Source: Phoronis australis (Eukaryota > Animalia > Phoronida). From it: a DNA stretch of 64,000 bases. Under the pieces are notes generated by a model that had not been told where the DNA came from, searched no databases, and worked only from the letters and a program-made list of their open reading frames with translations. Each line of letters starts with the position of its first letter. Position 1 is the first letter of the stretch. Shown here in pieces: positions 49,787 through 62,595 of this stretch. The DNA lies in contig NMRA01000065.1 in NCBI GenBank assembly GCA_002633005.1, forward strand, positions 174,420-238,419, in the 5' to 3' direction. The translations under genes were made by a program, and so were the position numbers.

Positions 49787-50679
49787 TTCTATGTGTATAT
49801 CGGCCTCACGAAGAGAAAGAAGGTGAGTGGAATGTTGAACATAGCATCTTTGATAAAAGCAGTGTCTAAGGAAACTATGGAGAGAAATAAACATCTAAAT
49901 GACAATATTAAAAACGTGACTAGCGAGGGTGGCAATGAAATCCGTAAGTGCTCGAGCTGGTACATGTAGAGTGCATCGGAGATCAACATGCCATCGCAGT
50001 GTGCCATGGCACTTGTGATTTGTTGTAACCTTCACATGCATGTTCCTTGAGGTTGTAGAGGCTCAACATTGTTTCAGTTGTTAGAGACGTATCATGTATT
50101 TCCTTTTTCCGCTGATGCTTTTACATGTAATTGAAAGCGATTCGTTGATTACGATTTTGTTTGTTTCGATCGTTCTCAATTTTCATCGTAATCCATCATA
50201 CTAACTAGATGAATTGATGTTTTACGCTGGAAAGTAGAAAAGTATTGTTCTCGCGGCAGGGTAACATGTTTTCCACAAATACCGTACATTTCGCACCACG
50301 GAAATTATATTTTAAACGAGTTGTCTACTATATCGCCGCAAGACACGATACAAACACCACTTGTTCCACAAGCAATAATTCAAGATACTTTTACCGCTTT
50401 ACCTATTGTGCAAGACCAACGCAAAGCTTTCATAGAAATACACTTGTTTAATGTTTCAAAGATCCTGTAGGTGTTTAAAAGAAACAGCTGTGGATGGGAA
50501 AACGCAGATCTAGGGGGTGCAGTAAGACTTAAAAATAACAAAAATAGGCACAATGAGGCGTACACTATGTCAAATCTATTTAAAAACTGGAAAGTGCCAT
50601 CGCCTCTTTTAATAGAAAACTGTTTCCCAATTTCAAAATACGTTGAAGAACTTCAAACACACACAGGATAACGGGAAAC

Positions 50680-51300
50680 AACAAAATTGCCACTAGAGGC
50701 CGCAGCGGTAGTCGGATCCGAAGTCGTCATCATCATTCCTTGTCACCTTCCTGCACTTGTCACATTTAGCAAAGAGGGATTTGAAGATAAAGCCACTTTT
50801 ATCAAAATCCGTTGAGAATTTACTTTGAAGATGAGGTAAACGTAAAAAATAATAATTGTTAATTGTGGGCACACCGGATGTCGGATCCGTCCGGAAATTC
50901 GCTCATGTCATCCAAACCGTGAAATATACCCGCAAAAATCGATGAGCACGAAAGAAAGTGTTTTGGAATCACAGCAGCGGACGCTAGACTTACGCCTGAC
51001 GAAAGGCGGACGGGCAGACGTACGAATGGACGCCGGAGGGACGAACGGACGGTAATTCGCCAAGGAACTTGGGAATTACTGTAAAAACAGCAATTGTCAC
51101 TAGGATTTATAGTGGCAATTCAATACGTCTACAAATTCGCCATGCCGCCCTTTTTACACTGTACATGTATAACAGGAGCATGTCAGCAAAATATTACGAA
51201 TATCCTTCCGCAGGTTTTGAGATACAGCAGCGGACGGCAGACGACAGAGTACCGGAAAATGATGACGGCATAATGGTCCTACATGTGTTCGTAGAGTTTT
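50680..51300. repeat. Degraded relatives of the 41230-43120 repeat element
   Basis: AAAATTGCCACTAGAGG, AAAATCCGTTGA, GAGGTAAACG, GGGCACACC..TCGGATCCGTCCG and GGAC-rich tails are shared with the 41-43 kb array. Confidence 0.6.
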
Positions 51301-52933
51301 AGTGGTCGTGCGAGCATGCGTGTGTGCGCGTGCGTGTATGCTCGCGTGCGTAATCTTAGAATCACACGGTCTCACAAGCTGATTTACACCCATCATGTAC
51401 GAGTTTTTCCTCATGATTATTTAGAGAAAAAGATGAAAGAAATGAGCAAGCCAGACCGAATTTTAAAAGCTTCCCAAGTGACATAAAATCGGCGACCACA
51501 AAACAACCAAAAATGCATCAGTCACTTTTCACCCCAATGGCAAGACAACCAATTCAAATGAAGTTGAAACAAACGCTATATTCGTGTTGCCTCAACGGTT
51601 CAAGTTTAAACGGGTGATGTCCAGCCAATCCAATGGTGCTTGTCTACGTTTTGTGACTGTCAGAATATTATAAATGTCCTCTGTCAAACGAATAACGGTA
51701 GGAGACAAAGTCTAAAGAATTTATTAACTGATAAACAATAGGTAAAAGACAACATAACACATATCACATGGTCGTAAGACGGAAATGTCCCGAAATGTAC
51801 GCCGTTGGTGATCACAATTATCCAAAGCTAAATCAATATTCATAATAGAACTAAGCATCGATTATATTACATTCACACAGCATTTTAAAATGCCGGCAAA
51901 ATATGCATGGCAAGCGAAATTATGGAACAGTTATCAAAGTAGATTGTGTTTCAAAGCAAGCATGGATCACAATCGACGGAAATACGAGAGCATACAAAGC
52001 AAATGGTTTATAGCATAGGTAACATAAATTAACTAGTATTGTTCAAGATACCTGTGCAGCTCCTTTCCATAACATGTGCATTGAACGCCGAGGACAAATA
52101 AATCTAGAACGCAACTGTGGGAGGAACACGTGCCACCGTGTAATTACAGCTCGGAGAAGCGGACGCACGCATCAAGGTCCTCAATGTAAAGCCCCGACTG
52201 TATCCATACTTAGACGAATTGATGTGAATCGTTGAGATAAAACAATGCCGTTCATAGCAAGCGAGTTAATGGTCAGGGTTACTGTTTTGTACATCACTTT
52301 GAACACACAAATGTCATTGCCAAAACTTTAGTATTCTTGACTTACGACCACGTCCTGGCGAAACGCCTTATATGGTGCTCTATTGAAGCCCTTAATGAAT
52401 GACAACTGTCGCTCTTTCGTGCTGTCTTGTGTGTTCCCGGGGTGACGCAATATGGCCCATAAGTGGTACTTCTCGACTCATTTGAAAGTTTTTATTTTAC
52501 TCGTTGTCGCTATATCTGACATGCAACGTTCCAAAATTCGCCAAATTTGGACATTTTGCTAGTTTCCTCCATAGCATTTAGTTGAATAAGAATTGGTGTG
52601 ACGACCTTGGTTGCCCAATTCTTAAAAAAAAAAATTGTTCCCTGGGGAACGTGGATCAACACCCAGCATCTTAAAGGTGAGTTTCTGGCGAACTAGTCGA
52701 AATCAAGCAAGACTGCGTGTGAATGGTTACCGTTTGGGTATCAAGAGCAAGTCCATGCATGCCTACTATAGCGAATGGCCGCCAGGCTGATCGGTGAGAC
52801 TATAAGGTTTAGGCTAATTTGCCAATATGAGAAACGCTGAGAAACAATGTGAAAAACTTTACTTAGAACTTAAATATACGTATATACCATGCCTACGATT
52901 GTGCGAGCACACTAATTTACATATTGTTGTCGT

Positions 52934-54418
52934 TTACACACGAGATTTTACGTTGTACGATATAGCAATAACAACTTCGTCACTTTTACTATATTTCAGC
53001 GAGACACTTGAACTGCATACTTCAGACATTACGTTTAGGTCACTGCCAGATCTTGTATTCACACTTCCGGTTAAAGTCGCTGCGCTTTGTTTCCGCTTCC
53101 ATCTCAGTCTTTCACGTAATATCGTGAGCCACGTTTCCTTACAACAAAGGATTCTTGAAGATTCTTCACGAAATTTCTTTCCAGATGCAGCATACAAGAG
53201 AAAATTAAACGAGTGATTGCATAGCAACAGGAATGTTAAAATTTGCTGTATGAAAATATTAAAGGCGAGCTCTTCCGGATAATCACGAAAGCGGTATTCC
53301 CAATACGTGTAACGATAGATGAAGTGCACTGCAGATGGCGTGACACAGAAGAGAAAGAAGAAGGAAACGGTGAGCAACATCACAGTTATTTGTGCACTTT
53401 GCGCATTACGTGTTTCAGAAGTGTGGTCTTGGTTTGTTAGTCTCTTCATTCGCCTGTTGGCCCTTCTCATCAAAACAATCACGGTTATGTTCAGTACAAA
53501 CAACAAAACGCAGGGTATAAATGAAAACAGTGAGGCATCCACCCAATTCCACGCCTTTATAAACTGTTGATAGTTAACGGCATCAGCGTAACACCGAGGC
53601 GGAGACACATTCTCTGGCATCGACATAGTCCAATACATGTGCATATTGACGAGGCCGAAAACTAGAATGATTACGCAAATAACTACGAGGGCGTTCCTGC
53701 GGGTGGAGATATAGCTTGCCTTCATTGGTAAACCAGTGGCAATAACACGTTCGATTGTCACCGCAACGACAAGCCAAACTGATATGTGAATTGATGCGCT
53801 GTGTACAAACGTGATGCTTTTGCAAAAATTATCACTGATGACAGAGCCTATGTGAACCTCACCAATAGACAACAAGCCATTTGTTAACAGAACCAAAGTA
53901 TCAAAGATAGCAATGAATGTCAAGTAAATGTATGTAGGAGATTTGATCATTTTAGGTCGAAGAAATACCACAATTGAGAAAACGTTGCCTATGGTTCCAA
54001 CCGCCAATAAGAGTAAAGGATACACTCTGAACATGCGAACACCGATTTGAAAGGCCCAGTGGGACATAACTGTTTTAGACATTTCGTCAAAGCCAGTATT
54101 ATTGTTATCGGACACTTGTTGGCGACTTGCATTCGCCTTAGGTACTGATGTAGGGGCGGAAACAAGTCCATCACCAGCATTGAAAAAACGGACTGTTGAG
54201 ATTAAGGGCGAGATGGTCCAAGATGTTAAGTTCCCATGGGCTTCATCGGTGGGCGATCTCGATGAATTACCTCGTCGCATAGCTGTATCTGTTCTTGGAT
54301 TTTTTGAAGCATCGCTTACTATATGTGTATTAGATGGCATACTAGTTGTTTGAGCGCGGATATGTACCAATACAACTAGCACGAGTTGCGCCGCAAAGTA
54401 TGTTCTCGGAAAGGACAT
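52934..54418 (-). CDS. Class A (rhodopsin-like) GPCR, FMRFamide/sex-peptide-receptor-like orphan peptide receptor, 494 aa
   Basis: Seven TM segments with GTIGN, LTFIAIFD, TIERV, TM6 FFLFCVTP and TM7 NHSFNFLLY..SGKKFR. The true start is probably ATG 54418 (MSFPRT..., signal-peptide-like), just after a tttctttgcag acceptor, so the ORF extension to 54532 is probably intronic. Confidence 0.9.
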   Translation of the reverse strand: MSFPRTYFAAQLVLVVLVHIRAQTTSMPSNTHIVSDASKNPRTDTAMRRGNSSRSPTDEAHGNLTSWTISPLISTVRFFNAGDGLVSAPTSVPKANASRQQVSDNNNTGFDEMSKTVMSHWAFQIGVRMFRVYPLLLLAVGTIGNVFSIVVFLRPKMIKSPTYIYLTFIAIFDTLVLLTNGLLSIGEVHIGSVISDNFCKSITFVHSASIHISVWLVVAVTIERVIATGLPMKASYISTRRNALVVICVIILVFGLVNMHMYWTMSMPENVSPPRCYADAVNYQQFIKAWNWVDASLFSFIPCVLLFVLNITVIVLMRRANRRMKRLTNQDHTSETRNAQSAQITVMLLTVSFFFLFCVTPSAVHFIYRYTYWEYRFRDYPEELAFNIFIQQILTFLLLCNHSFNFLLYAASGKKFREESSRILCCKETWLTILRERLRWKRKQSAATLTGSVNTRSGSDLNVMSEVCSSSVSLKYSKSDEVVIAISYNVKSRV

Positions 54419-54986
54419 ATCACTGCAAAGAAATAGGACACTGGTAGTTAGTATGAGCCCATGAGTGTACATGTACAACGCTACTACTACAAACAACAAA
54501 GATATATATTTTTTCATTGGAAAAAATAGCAATGAAGCACAAGGCGTGTATCCTGACGACCCTATTCCTCAACAGGTTCGGAACAAATGCTTAAAATGTA
54601 CGCTTACGGTTAGTATCCAGTGCTTCTTTCAACATTAGAACACCAGCACTCTGTAGACAAGCATCCTGTCTGTAAATAGTAAATACCTACATGTGTTTAC
54701 AGACAAGCTCGAAAAGGTGATTATTTCTTGGAACAACAGTTTGCCCTTGTGTCACAAATCAAAACGGTACCTGTGGTAGTTGCAAACTGAAGCCTAAATG
54801 AACAAAAATACACTACCGTGTACTAACGAGCACAGAAATTAAGAGTCGGTGGATGAAAGACGTCGGCGGTGTATGTGGAAATTATCAACATGTTCCCGAC
54901 AACTGTCTTATTGCCCACGTCATTTTATCACCATTGACTTTGCCGTAGAGTTATTGTCGTGATTGGAAAAATTTAACCGACTAACC

Positions 54987-55129
54987 CATAGGCGGCGCAG
55001 CACTGAAAAAAGTGGGAGGCTAAAGCCCCTCAGCCCCCTGTGATGCACTGCCTATAGACCACGTGCGGCGTAGCCCAGCAAAAAATGAGGGGCTATAGCC
55101 TCCCAGCCCCCTATGGTGCGCCGGCTATA
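54987..55129. mobile_element. Two tandem short CATAGGCG-type MITE remnants
   Basis: Two ~70-bp similar units, each with GGCT(A)AAGCC...CAGCCCCCT and degenerate TIRs. Confidence 0.45.
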
Positions 55130-58100
55130 TAACTTAGTTTTTACTAATGTGTGCCATTAGGAAACGAGGGTAGTCTTTGAGAGTTTCATGTCTTGGCAGA
55201 GGCGGAAACAGACGAAGGAGTCGTGTTTTTGGTGATAGACTTCTTAAATTTGGGATTGCAAAGAAAATTACTTGAACGGAATAGACGACGATTATGTTAT
55301 AATCTAGGTATGTTTTTAAACAACTGTAAAGTAGCACGACGTCGTTAGCCGGTTCGACCATCAAACTTTCCGAAAAAGTTGAAAGTAATACAATTGCAGC
55401 ACTCAAAGTGCAATCAGGTCCCAGACGTAACATCTGGCACAAAACTGTTAATTATATGACACTTCGGCCTCAATTTTTAATTGATAAATATTGTATCGTC
55501 TGCAACTCAGGCGCCAATTCCTCGGTAATTACAATATCAAATATTGTTGTTATTTAACTAATGTTACGAGTTCAATGCACAATTACCGCTGCTTTCATTT
55601 TTATTATCTTCTTTCAAGTTATAAATTTTTACATTTAAAACTATTTCTTTTACTAGAGAAAACTTGAAACCTAACGCTTAAGTACATACATATAGGATGT
55701 GATCCGCCACGTGAACAGTCTGAGTGAAATAGTTAAAAAATGTGCCGAAAGTGAAAGAAACTTAGGAATTCGAAGCGTATGGGATATTATTCTGCGTATC
55801 GCGTAAATGCGGAATAATTTCTCGTGGGATATTGCTTCATCTTCGCTACTCTCGGTGCTATTGATATCCCGGCGACTTCCGTAAAAATGTGTCAGAATTC
55901 TGACTCTTTCCATTTCCCATAAACCAAGGCTCAAATGACAAAACCGATCAGCGCCATCTTGAGGTTGGGCCGGGGACGCGGTTGGATATCGACTTGCTGC
56001 ACACTATTTTCAGCAAGTTCGCATGGTTGGCATTTGCGAGGAAATTTGACGAGTTAACAATTATTGGTACCTAGTTTGTCCTCGTTGGTCATCTTCATTC
56101 TTCTCGTTTGCCATTTTGTCTATTATCTCTTGGTGTAGATGTAGTTTCACCAATGACTTATTTCAAACGCCAAGGGAAAATAGACTAGGACAAGTTATGT
56201 GTGCCTGGGTGGACTACCAGGCAGACACCCAGACGTTAGTTGGCTTTTGGCCGGTGAAAATTGTCGGCAAACATCTTGCCAAAACAGTCGTTTCATGATA
56301 GGATGTTCCGAAAATGTCCTAAAACATCGCTCAATTTAAGAAGAACTTCATTTTTTAGAAATTCAAGTTGCTTCCGAAGGAGCGTCAATTCAAAAGAAGC
56401 AATTTTCTTGAACCAGATTTTAGGAAGCTTTCAATAATTTTTGAGAAAAATCTGTTTAATAAGTCAATCAATAAATCACTCAATCGGGCATTTTACCCAG
56501 TAATTTAAACTTTTAGTGTGATTCGACTCTTTCGTTTGCGATGATGAAGGTACCACGTTCGTTCAAAAACTGCCAACTGTTCTTTATGGTTGATAAAGTT
56601 TCCCCGTTAATGGAATATCGTTTACATATCTTGCATTTGCCCAGCACCCAGATTGCAATTTGTTTCCCAAATTACGCTCATATTATCGTTGACGGTTTTA
56701 CATAAAAATACAATCGCTCGGGGCGCTTATTCGAGCATTTCCGAAATTTAAGCAGGGGCTGGTTTAAGTTAAAATAGTAAATTAAAGTAAAATGCAAAAA
56801 CATCCGGTGGCAATGTTTGGAAGATGAATAATTAGTAATTTGCCCACTTTAGATACGATTTTGGATTAAGACGCTTTTCTGTACTGTAGAGGAATAAAGA
56901 TTGTAATACTTAGTTTTTTATTAGTGAAATTTGATCACACATGTGTACTTCCTTTACGCTAATGAGTGTGCAGTGACGGTCAATGCCATGTTCTTTTGGT
57001 CGCTTTGAATATCGCGCTCACAACACGTCACACCTGACAGACATGTTGAAGAGGAATCAACCCTCGAACAATAAAAATGTCCCAGCATCCTTTGCACATA
57101 TGAAAATGGCTGTGATCAACAAAGAGCGAGTATTCGCGAATCGGCCGTAGGCCACAGGAATCTTTATAAAACCGCTCCTGTGACCATTAGTCGTTTTTGT
57201 TTAATAATATGTTTTTGACGGGGGTTGTTTTGATGTTTTGATAAAACAAACTAATGCATTTTACTAAATAAAAAGTCCCTTGTTTAAACTTGCACTTTCC
57301 ATGAAATTTAGCTTTTAAATTTGGCCAGTTCTGTAAATAGAATCAAAAAATATGTCTATACGTTGCACTAAGAATACACACACTATGTTTTTGTTTTTGG
57401 ACAAAAAACGCAAATTTAAGGCAAACATTCTGAATTCATGAGCGTCAGATGGTGGTGTGATTTAGAACAACTTTTCCAAGCATAAAATACTGCAGGTGTA
57501 AACCAAACAGTGTCACCTATTAACTTGACAATAGATTTACAAAATGTGCACTTGTTTCACCAAATATCATCGAACTTTCGTAACTTTTTTATTCAGACGT
57601 TTTTAAAAATTGCATCGCATCAATTCGACGTTCACCAAGTGCTGTTTAGAAAACTGTGAGCGTGCTTAATTTAACTGATTTTAGAGTGAACCTTCAATTT
57701 CAAGAAAAACAATAAGTCGCTAATGTTCTTCTCAAATCGCGGTAACTAACACTTGTGGTTTTTACCATCCAAAAAAGTCTTCATCAGAATGTTTGGTATC
57801 ATTGCAATGATGGTTTGGCATTGTTCTAAAGGAGAGCGTACTTTCTAAAAACTGATTAAATGAAAAAGGAGCCAGTCCAAAAATATCCAGCCAACAAAAA
57901 TGGAGTTTCAGGCACCCGCTAGGATAAAAATGCTGCAGCGACCCCACACGGCCTAAAAATAAGGTAAACGTAACCAATTGTGGGAACTATACAATCAAGT
58001 TCCAATTGAGCTAAACCCAACTTATCGGTGAAGAAACGAACACCAATTACACGTGAAGATATCTGGGAAGATTTGCCACTGAATTTGGATTACTGACGCA

Positions 58101-60110
58101 GTACATACATGCGTACCCCTTTATTTGAAGTTTGATGAAGTTTGGCATATTTTGAGTTTTTGCATGAAAATCAGACTGCGTGACTATGCATTGACACAAA
58201 CGCCGCTCTGAGAATCTGGCTCACTGACCTGTCCGCTACCTGCGACCAATTATTTACAGACGTGTTACGTGTCGAGAAGCGACTGGTGCCTTACATATTA
58301 CCAGATGAGGTAATGATATAAAAATCAACAACTCCGTGTTGCTAACATTCTCTGGGTTCACGCAATCAAAATTGTTTCTATAAGATGCACTTCTTTTTAT
58401 CTAATTAATGCGACTTCACCAGCGAGAAAGAATGTCAGTGAAGGAGACCGTATTACAACCTGCGATAACAAATCTTTTATTACACTTAACTAAAGTTATT
58501 AGTGACTGTTTGCTAACTGATAGACTAACGATTGCCTGTAAGTGTGTTACTTACCTAAGTAAGCAGTATTTTCTAGATACCAGTGGTCGCACAACTTGCG
58601 CATTAGACTTGCTCTTGAGCTGTGTAGTGATATCGCTGAACGTAACTTTGGTGTTTTGTTCGCTTGAACTTTCGTCTGTTGACAGACAAGCCTGTCTTTA
58701 TGTGGCGGTATTGGTGTTCGCCCGCATTGATATGTAAGACACATGACTCTTCAGTGAAGTGTTGCATGAGCTTAAGTGATATGCAAATTAGGTACACCGG
58801 TCGTGCTCAAGTGTGCAAGTCACCATAGACACGTCACTATGTCCTAGCTTGCTTCCTGTTCGGACATCCGCAGCGTACTTGTACACGCAAAACTGCTTAA
58901 CAGCTGCCTACACCATTGTCGTTTATAACTTTCCATTTTACTTCCCGAAACGAAATTCGCCAGTTATGTTACTATGTCATGAAGTAGCTTTGCTTGATTG
59001 CGACTTGGAGAAATGAAATTTCTTCAACGATATTCCTTGTCGTCAATTTTTGCTTGTTTCTTCTCACGCTGCAGGTGTCACGTTACTTGTCCAAACAGCA
59101 TAAAATTTACACAGAATATGTGTTTATTGTGAATGATCCCAAGTCCTGTTTAGACTAAAATCGGGCGCAAGATGCCGTAGTAACTCCAATGTCACTGATT
59201 GTTTTGATTTTTATGTGAATAGATCATTTCAAGGGCTACCGGAATGTGCCATCCTATTTATCTGTCACTCACTGCTCTTGAGAAATTTGAGATTTTCAGG
59301 CGATTCCTCATAGATTAAGGTCATATGATCCGTTTGTAGACGTTTTAAAAACATCGTGAATCTGCATAAAAATCATTGAAACATACCCTCTGACACTTAA
59401 TTAGAACTTTTCGTAAGTATGGGGTCGATCTGCTGCCTGTACATATTTTTTCTTTTATTTTTTATTTTCTTAAAATCTGCGTGATCAAAACAAACGAATG
59501 TTGCCCATAATGCTGTGCGGTTTGACCTTTCGGCAACTCGAGACAAATAGTCAGTTGTTACCGGTACTGCTTCGAAGAAGAGAAGTTCGCCTTAACCAGG
59601 TAATTTATTCGTTTCTTAAACATTTTGATGACGATATTGCTCCCTGTATGAGCTGAACAATCTAACTATTACTCTTAGAATTAGATGAAACCATTACCTG
59701 TGGGAAAATTACGTACTGAATTCGATAGTAATCGTTGTGATCGAGTCGAGTCTGCAGTGATACCCTAGCCAGCCAGCTAGCGGTATCAAAATACAGCTAG
59801 GTACCACTGTGTGTTTTTCTTCAAAATAGAGCCCGAAATTCACACAGCCAGGGTAGCATATTTAGTATTCAGATTTGTACCATGGCTAGCCCTAGCCCTA
59901 GGCCTATCAATGCTGTGACTGAAAAAGAGTGCAATGTTATTGTGGTTGGATAGACCGTTTGTCACTCGATGGTCGTGAGTTGAATTTTTACCTGCTGGCA
60001 GTTTTCAGACTTTGGACTTGAATTGCAAAACTATTCGTGGTTTTTCATTGCCACAAGAAAATCATCGTCTATCACCAGGGACTCTATGCTCTACCTGTAC
60101 ATTGTACTAG

Positions 60111-60456
60111 GAGGGGCACATTGGAGGATTTAAAGGGGGGGGGCTTGAACAAACCCTGTTTACCGTTTATGTTTTTTTTAGTAATAAGATCCACAAACCC
60201 AAAAATTAGACACCCCTGCATTCCTAAATCAGGCTGGGCTCGCGCATGTCGCAAAATTCTGGTTATTCCTGTGCCCTGGCCCCGCTAACTCAAAATACTG
60301 GATTCGCCCCTGGGGCAGATCCAGGATTTTGAGTTGGGGGAACAGGGCAGAGTATTGGCCAGGATTTAGTTCACCAAACATTTGCACCCCCGAACTGCCA
60401 AATGCGAACTGTGAGAATTTTAGGGAGGCCATAGCCCCCCTCTAAATCCACCACTG
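60111..60456. mobile_element. Composite of two fused MITEs (right half is family C) within one 5-bp TSD
   Basis: ACTAG at 60106-60110 and 60457-60461; internal junction CTGGATTCGCCCCTG/GGGCAGATCCAG at ~60312. Confidence 0.7.
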
Positions 60457-62424
60457 ACTAGTCAGTTAGCTAGTCCACTTGAACACAACCCACTGGATCA
60501 GCGATGAATCCTCGGATTAAATGCAAGCAAACTTGGGAAGTGCCGGTAGGCTGAAGCTTGTTGCGAGAATAGTGAGATCATACAAAACCATGGTTGGGAA
60601 TGGGAGGCAACAAATATGATGCCTGTTATTCAGTGAAGAAATCTGGTTCTCAAATTGCAGGACACTGGGAGTGTTCACATCATTACAGAACAATATACTA
60701 TGTATGGGACCTCCTCAAAGGCAAAAGGGTATAAGCCAAAGGCAGATCAGTAGTAGCATTAATAAAGGTCGAGCAGGTTACATCTTGTATTATCAGTGGT
60801 ATGGTCTAGATTGGGTAAATAAAGGGCTAGGGACAGGGGAAGGTTAATGACAGTGCTTGCTTTTAATTAATATACTCTTTCTTGGACTTTGAGTGTGCAA
60901 CTAGGCCCTAGCAGACTCACTTTATCAAGAACACAATCCGTCAGTTTACATAGCAGAGGGCCTAAAGGGTGCTTCGAAAATCATCTATCCTCCTTGAATG
61001 TCAGCTGTTACAGACTTCTAGCATCAGTATTGGCAAGTTAACACAGGAAATAAACTTAATTAATCTGGAAAAAGGTAGAACACTGAAGTTTCAATTTCAG
61101 GTACACTCATACTTGTGCGAAAATGTGTATCCTATGGAATGTATTGATCAATGTTATCTATGTACTGCTCAGATTGACATTTTATGTGATTACCATGTTT
61201 TTAAAGGTTCACCGTAATGTGCATCACCAGTTCACCAACAATAACAATACTCAAGCAACAGAGACAACATGATTGGAGTACTGAGCTATGTGCAGTGGAA
61301 TAGGCTTAGGTGGCAAATGATGTTCGGTCTCTTCACATGCAGGTATGCTTGGAACTCTCGTTTCTTAACGCAATGGAACCGATTCCACATAACTTTTGTG
61401 TTATCAAGTCATTCTTATTGTTGTCTTTCATCAGTAATCACACAAGCTTTATAGGTAACAAAACTGAAAACCTGTAATAAAATATATTTGCTATGTATCA
61501 CTAAAATATGCCACATAAAATGCTGAAAATTAACTCCATTAATTAAAACTTCCTTAATAATGGACCACTGGCTTTTTGAAGAACAACAACCAGTTTGTAG
61601 CTATGAAAACATCATTCCCCTTATGTTGAGGTCATGTTTAAACTACAACTCAAAATTAATGTGGTTTGATTTTTTTCAGCCTCACATAAGTATATCTGAG
61701 GATGAGGGCATTGTATTCAACTTGCTGTGTCCACACTCACTGGGGTGGTGGGTATCACCAGCTGTGATTGTCATCAGGGTGTACCTGTGGCAGATGCTGA
61801 GAAAAGATCTATAAGAAGCAACCTGTCACCTGCATTTTGCTTATGCCTGCGAGTATTTCTTATAAAGACAGTTTTGGAAATCCACTTAAGCACTCTCATT
61901 ATGCACACATGTGACTCTGTGAAAGAAAACACTGCTGACATGACACTTGTAATAACCTTTTACCATTTTCCTTCCAAGGCTCTGGCTACAGAGATTTGAT
62001 CTTGCACTCAACATCAATGTTTCAGACAAATACCCAAAACTCAATTTAACAAATAAATTATCTGAATATGCTCATAATTGTTACTTAGAAAATGTGAACA
62101 AATTATTTCCAGGCTATTAGGTAGTGATACCTGGACTAAACCTTTACTTGGCAATTGTGAAGTGAAAACATTATTACGGCCCTGACAGTACTCCTGTGAC
62201 ATGAATATTTATAAAGACTATCTATGGATTATTGGCAGGTTCATGATAAGGTCCAGTTTTAGTCAAACTAAACAAAACACAATAAAACACATTCCTTATT
62301 TGAGTTTTGTTTATTGTTTATCTGAAATTTAACTATAAGTACCAAAATAGCCAGAACAATGGATTGCCAACAGTACATTCTATAAGGTATGTATAAATCT
62401 TTTTCAATAAGGCATGGAAAATGT

Positions 62425-62595
62425 CGCAAACAGATTGTCCCATCAGCACGCCATGTTTTTGGTCACATCACGTGACCTAATGAATATCAATCCAAAAAGA
62501 TTTCTGCCCGTCCCTGTCTAGGGTAGAAATCTTTTCGGACATACGTTCATGATGTGACCAAAAAGATGGCGTGCTGACGGGACAAACTGTTCGCA
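62425..62595. repeat. ~170-bp palindromic MITE-like element
   Basis: Arms ACAGATTGTCCCATCAGCACGCCATGTTTTTGGTCACATCA and TGATGTGACCAAAAAGATGGCGTGCTGACGGGACAAACTGT; inner GATTTCTGCCC and GGGTAGAAATC. Confidence 0.8.

Noticed and set aside
54419-54532. Extra hydrophobic N-terminus suggesting an 8-TM GPCR
   Set aside because: It starts at a non-ATG codon and spans a polypyrimidine tract and AG acceptor, so it is most likely intronic.
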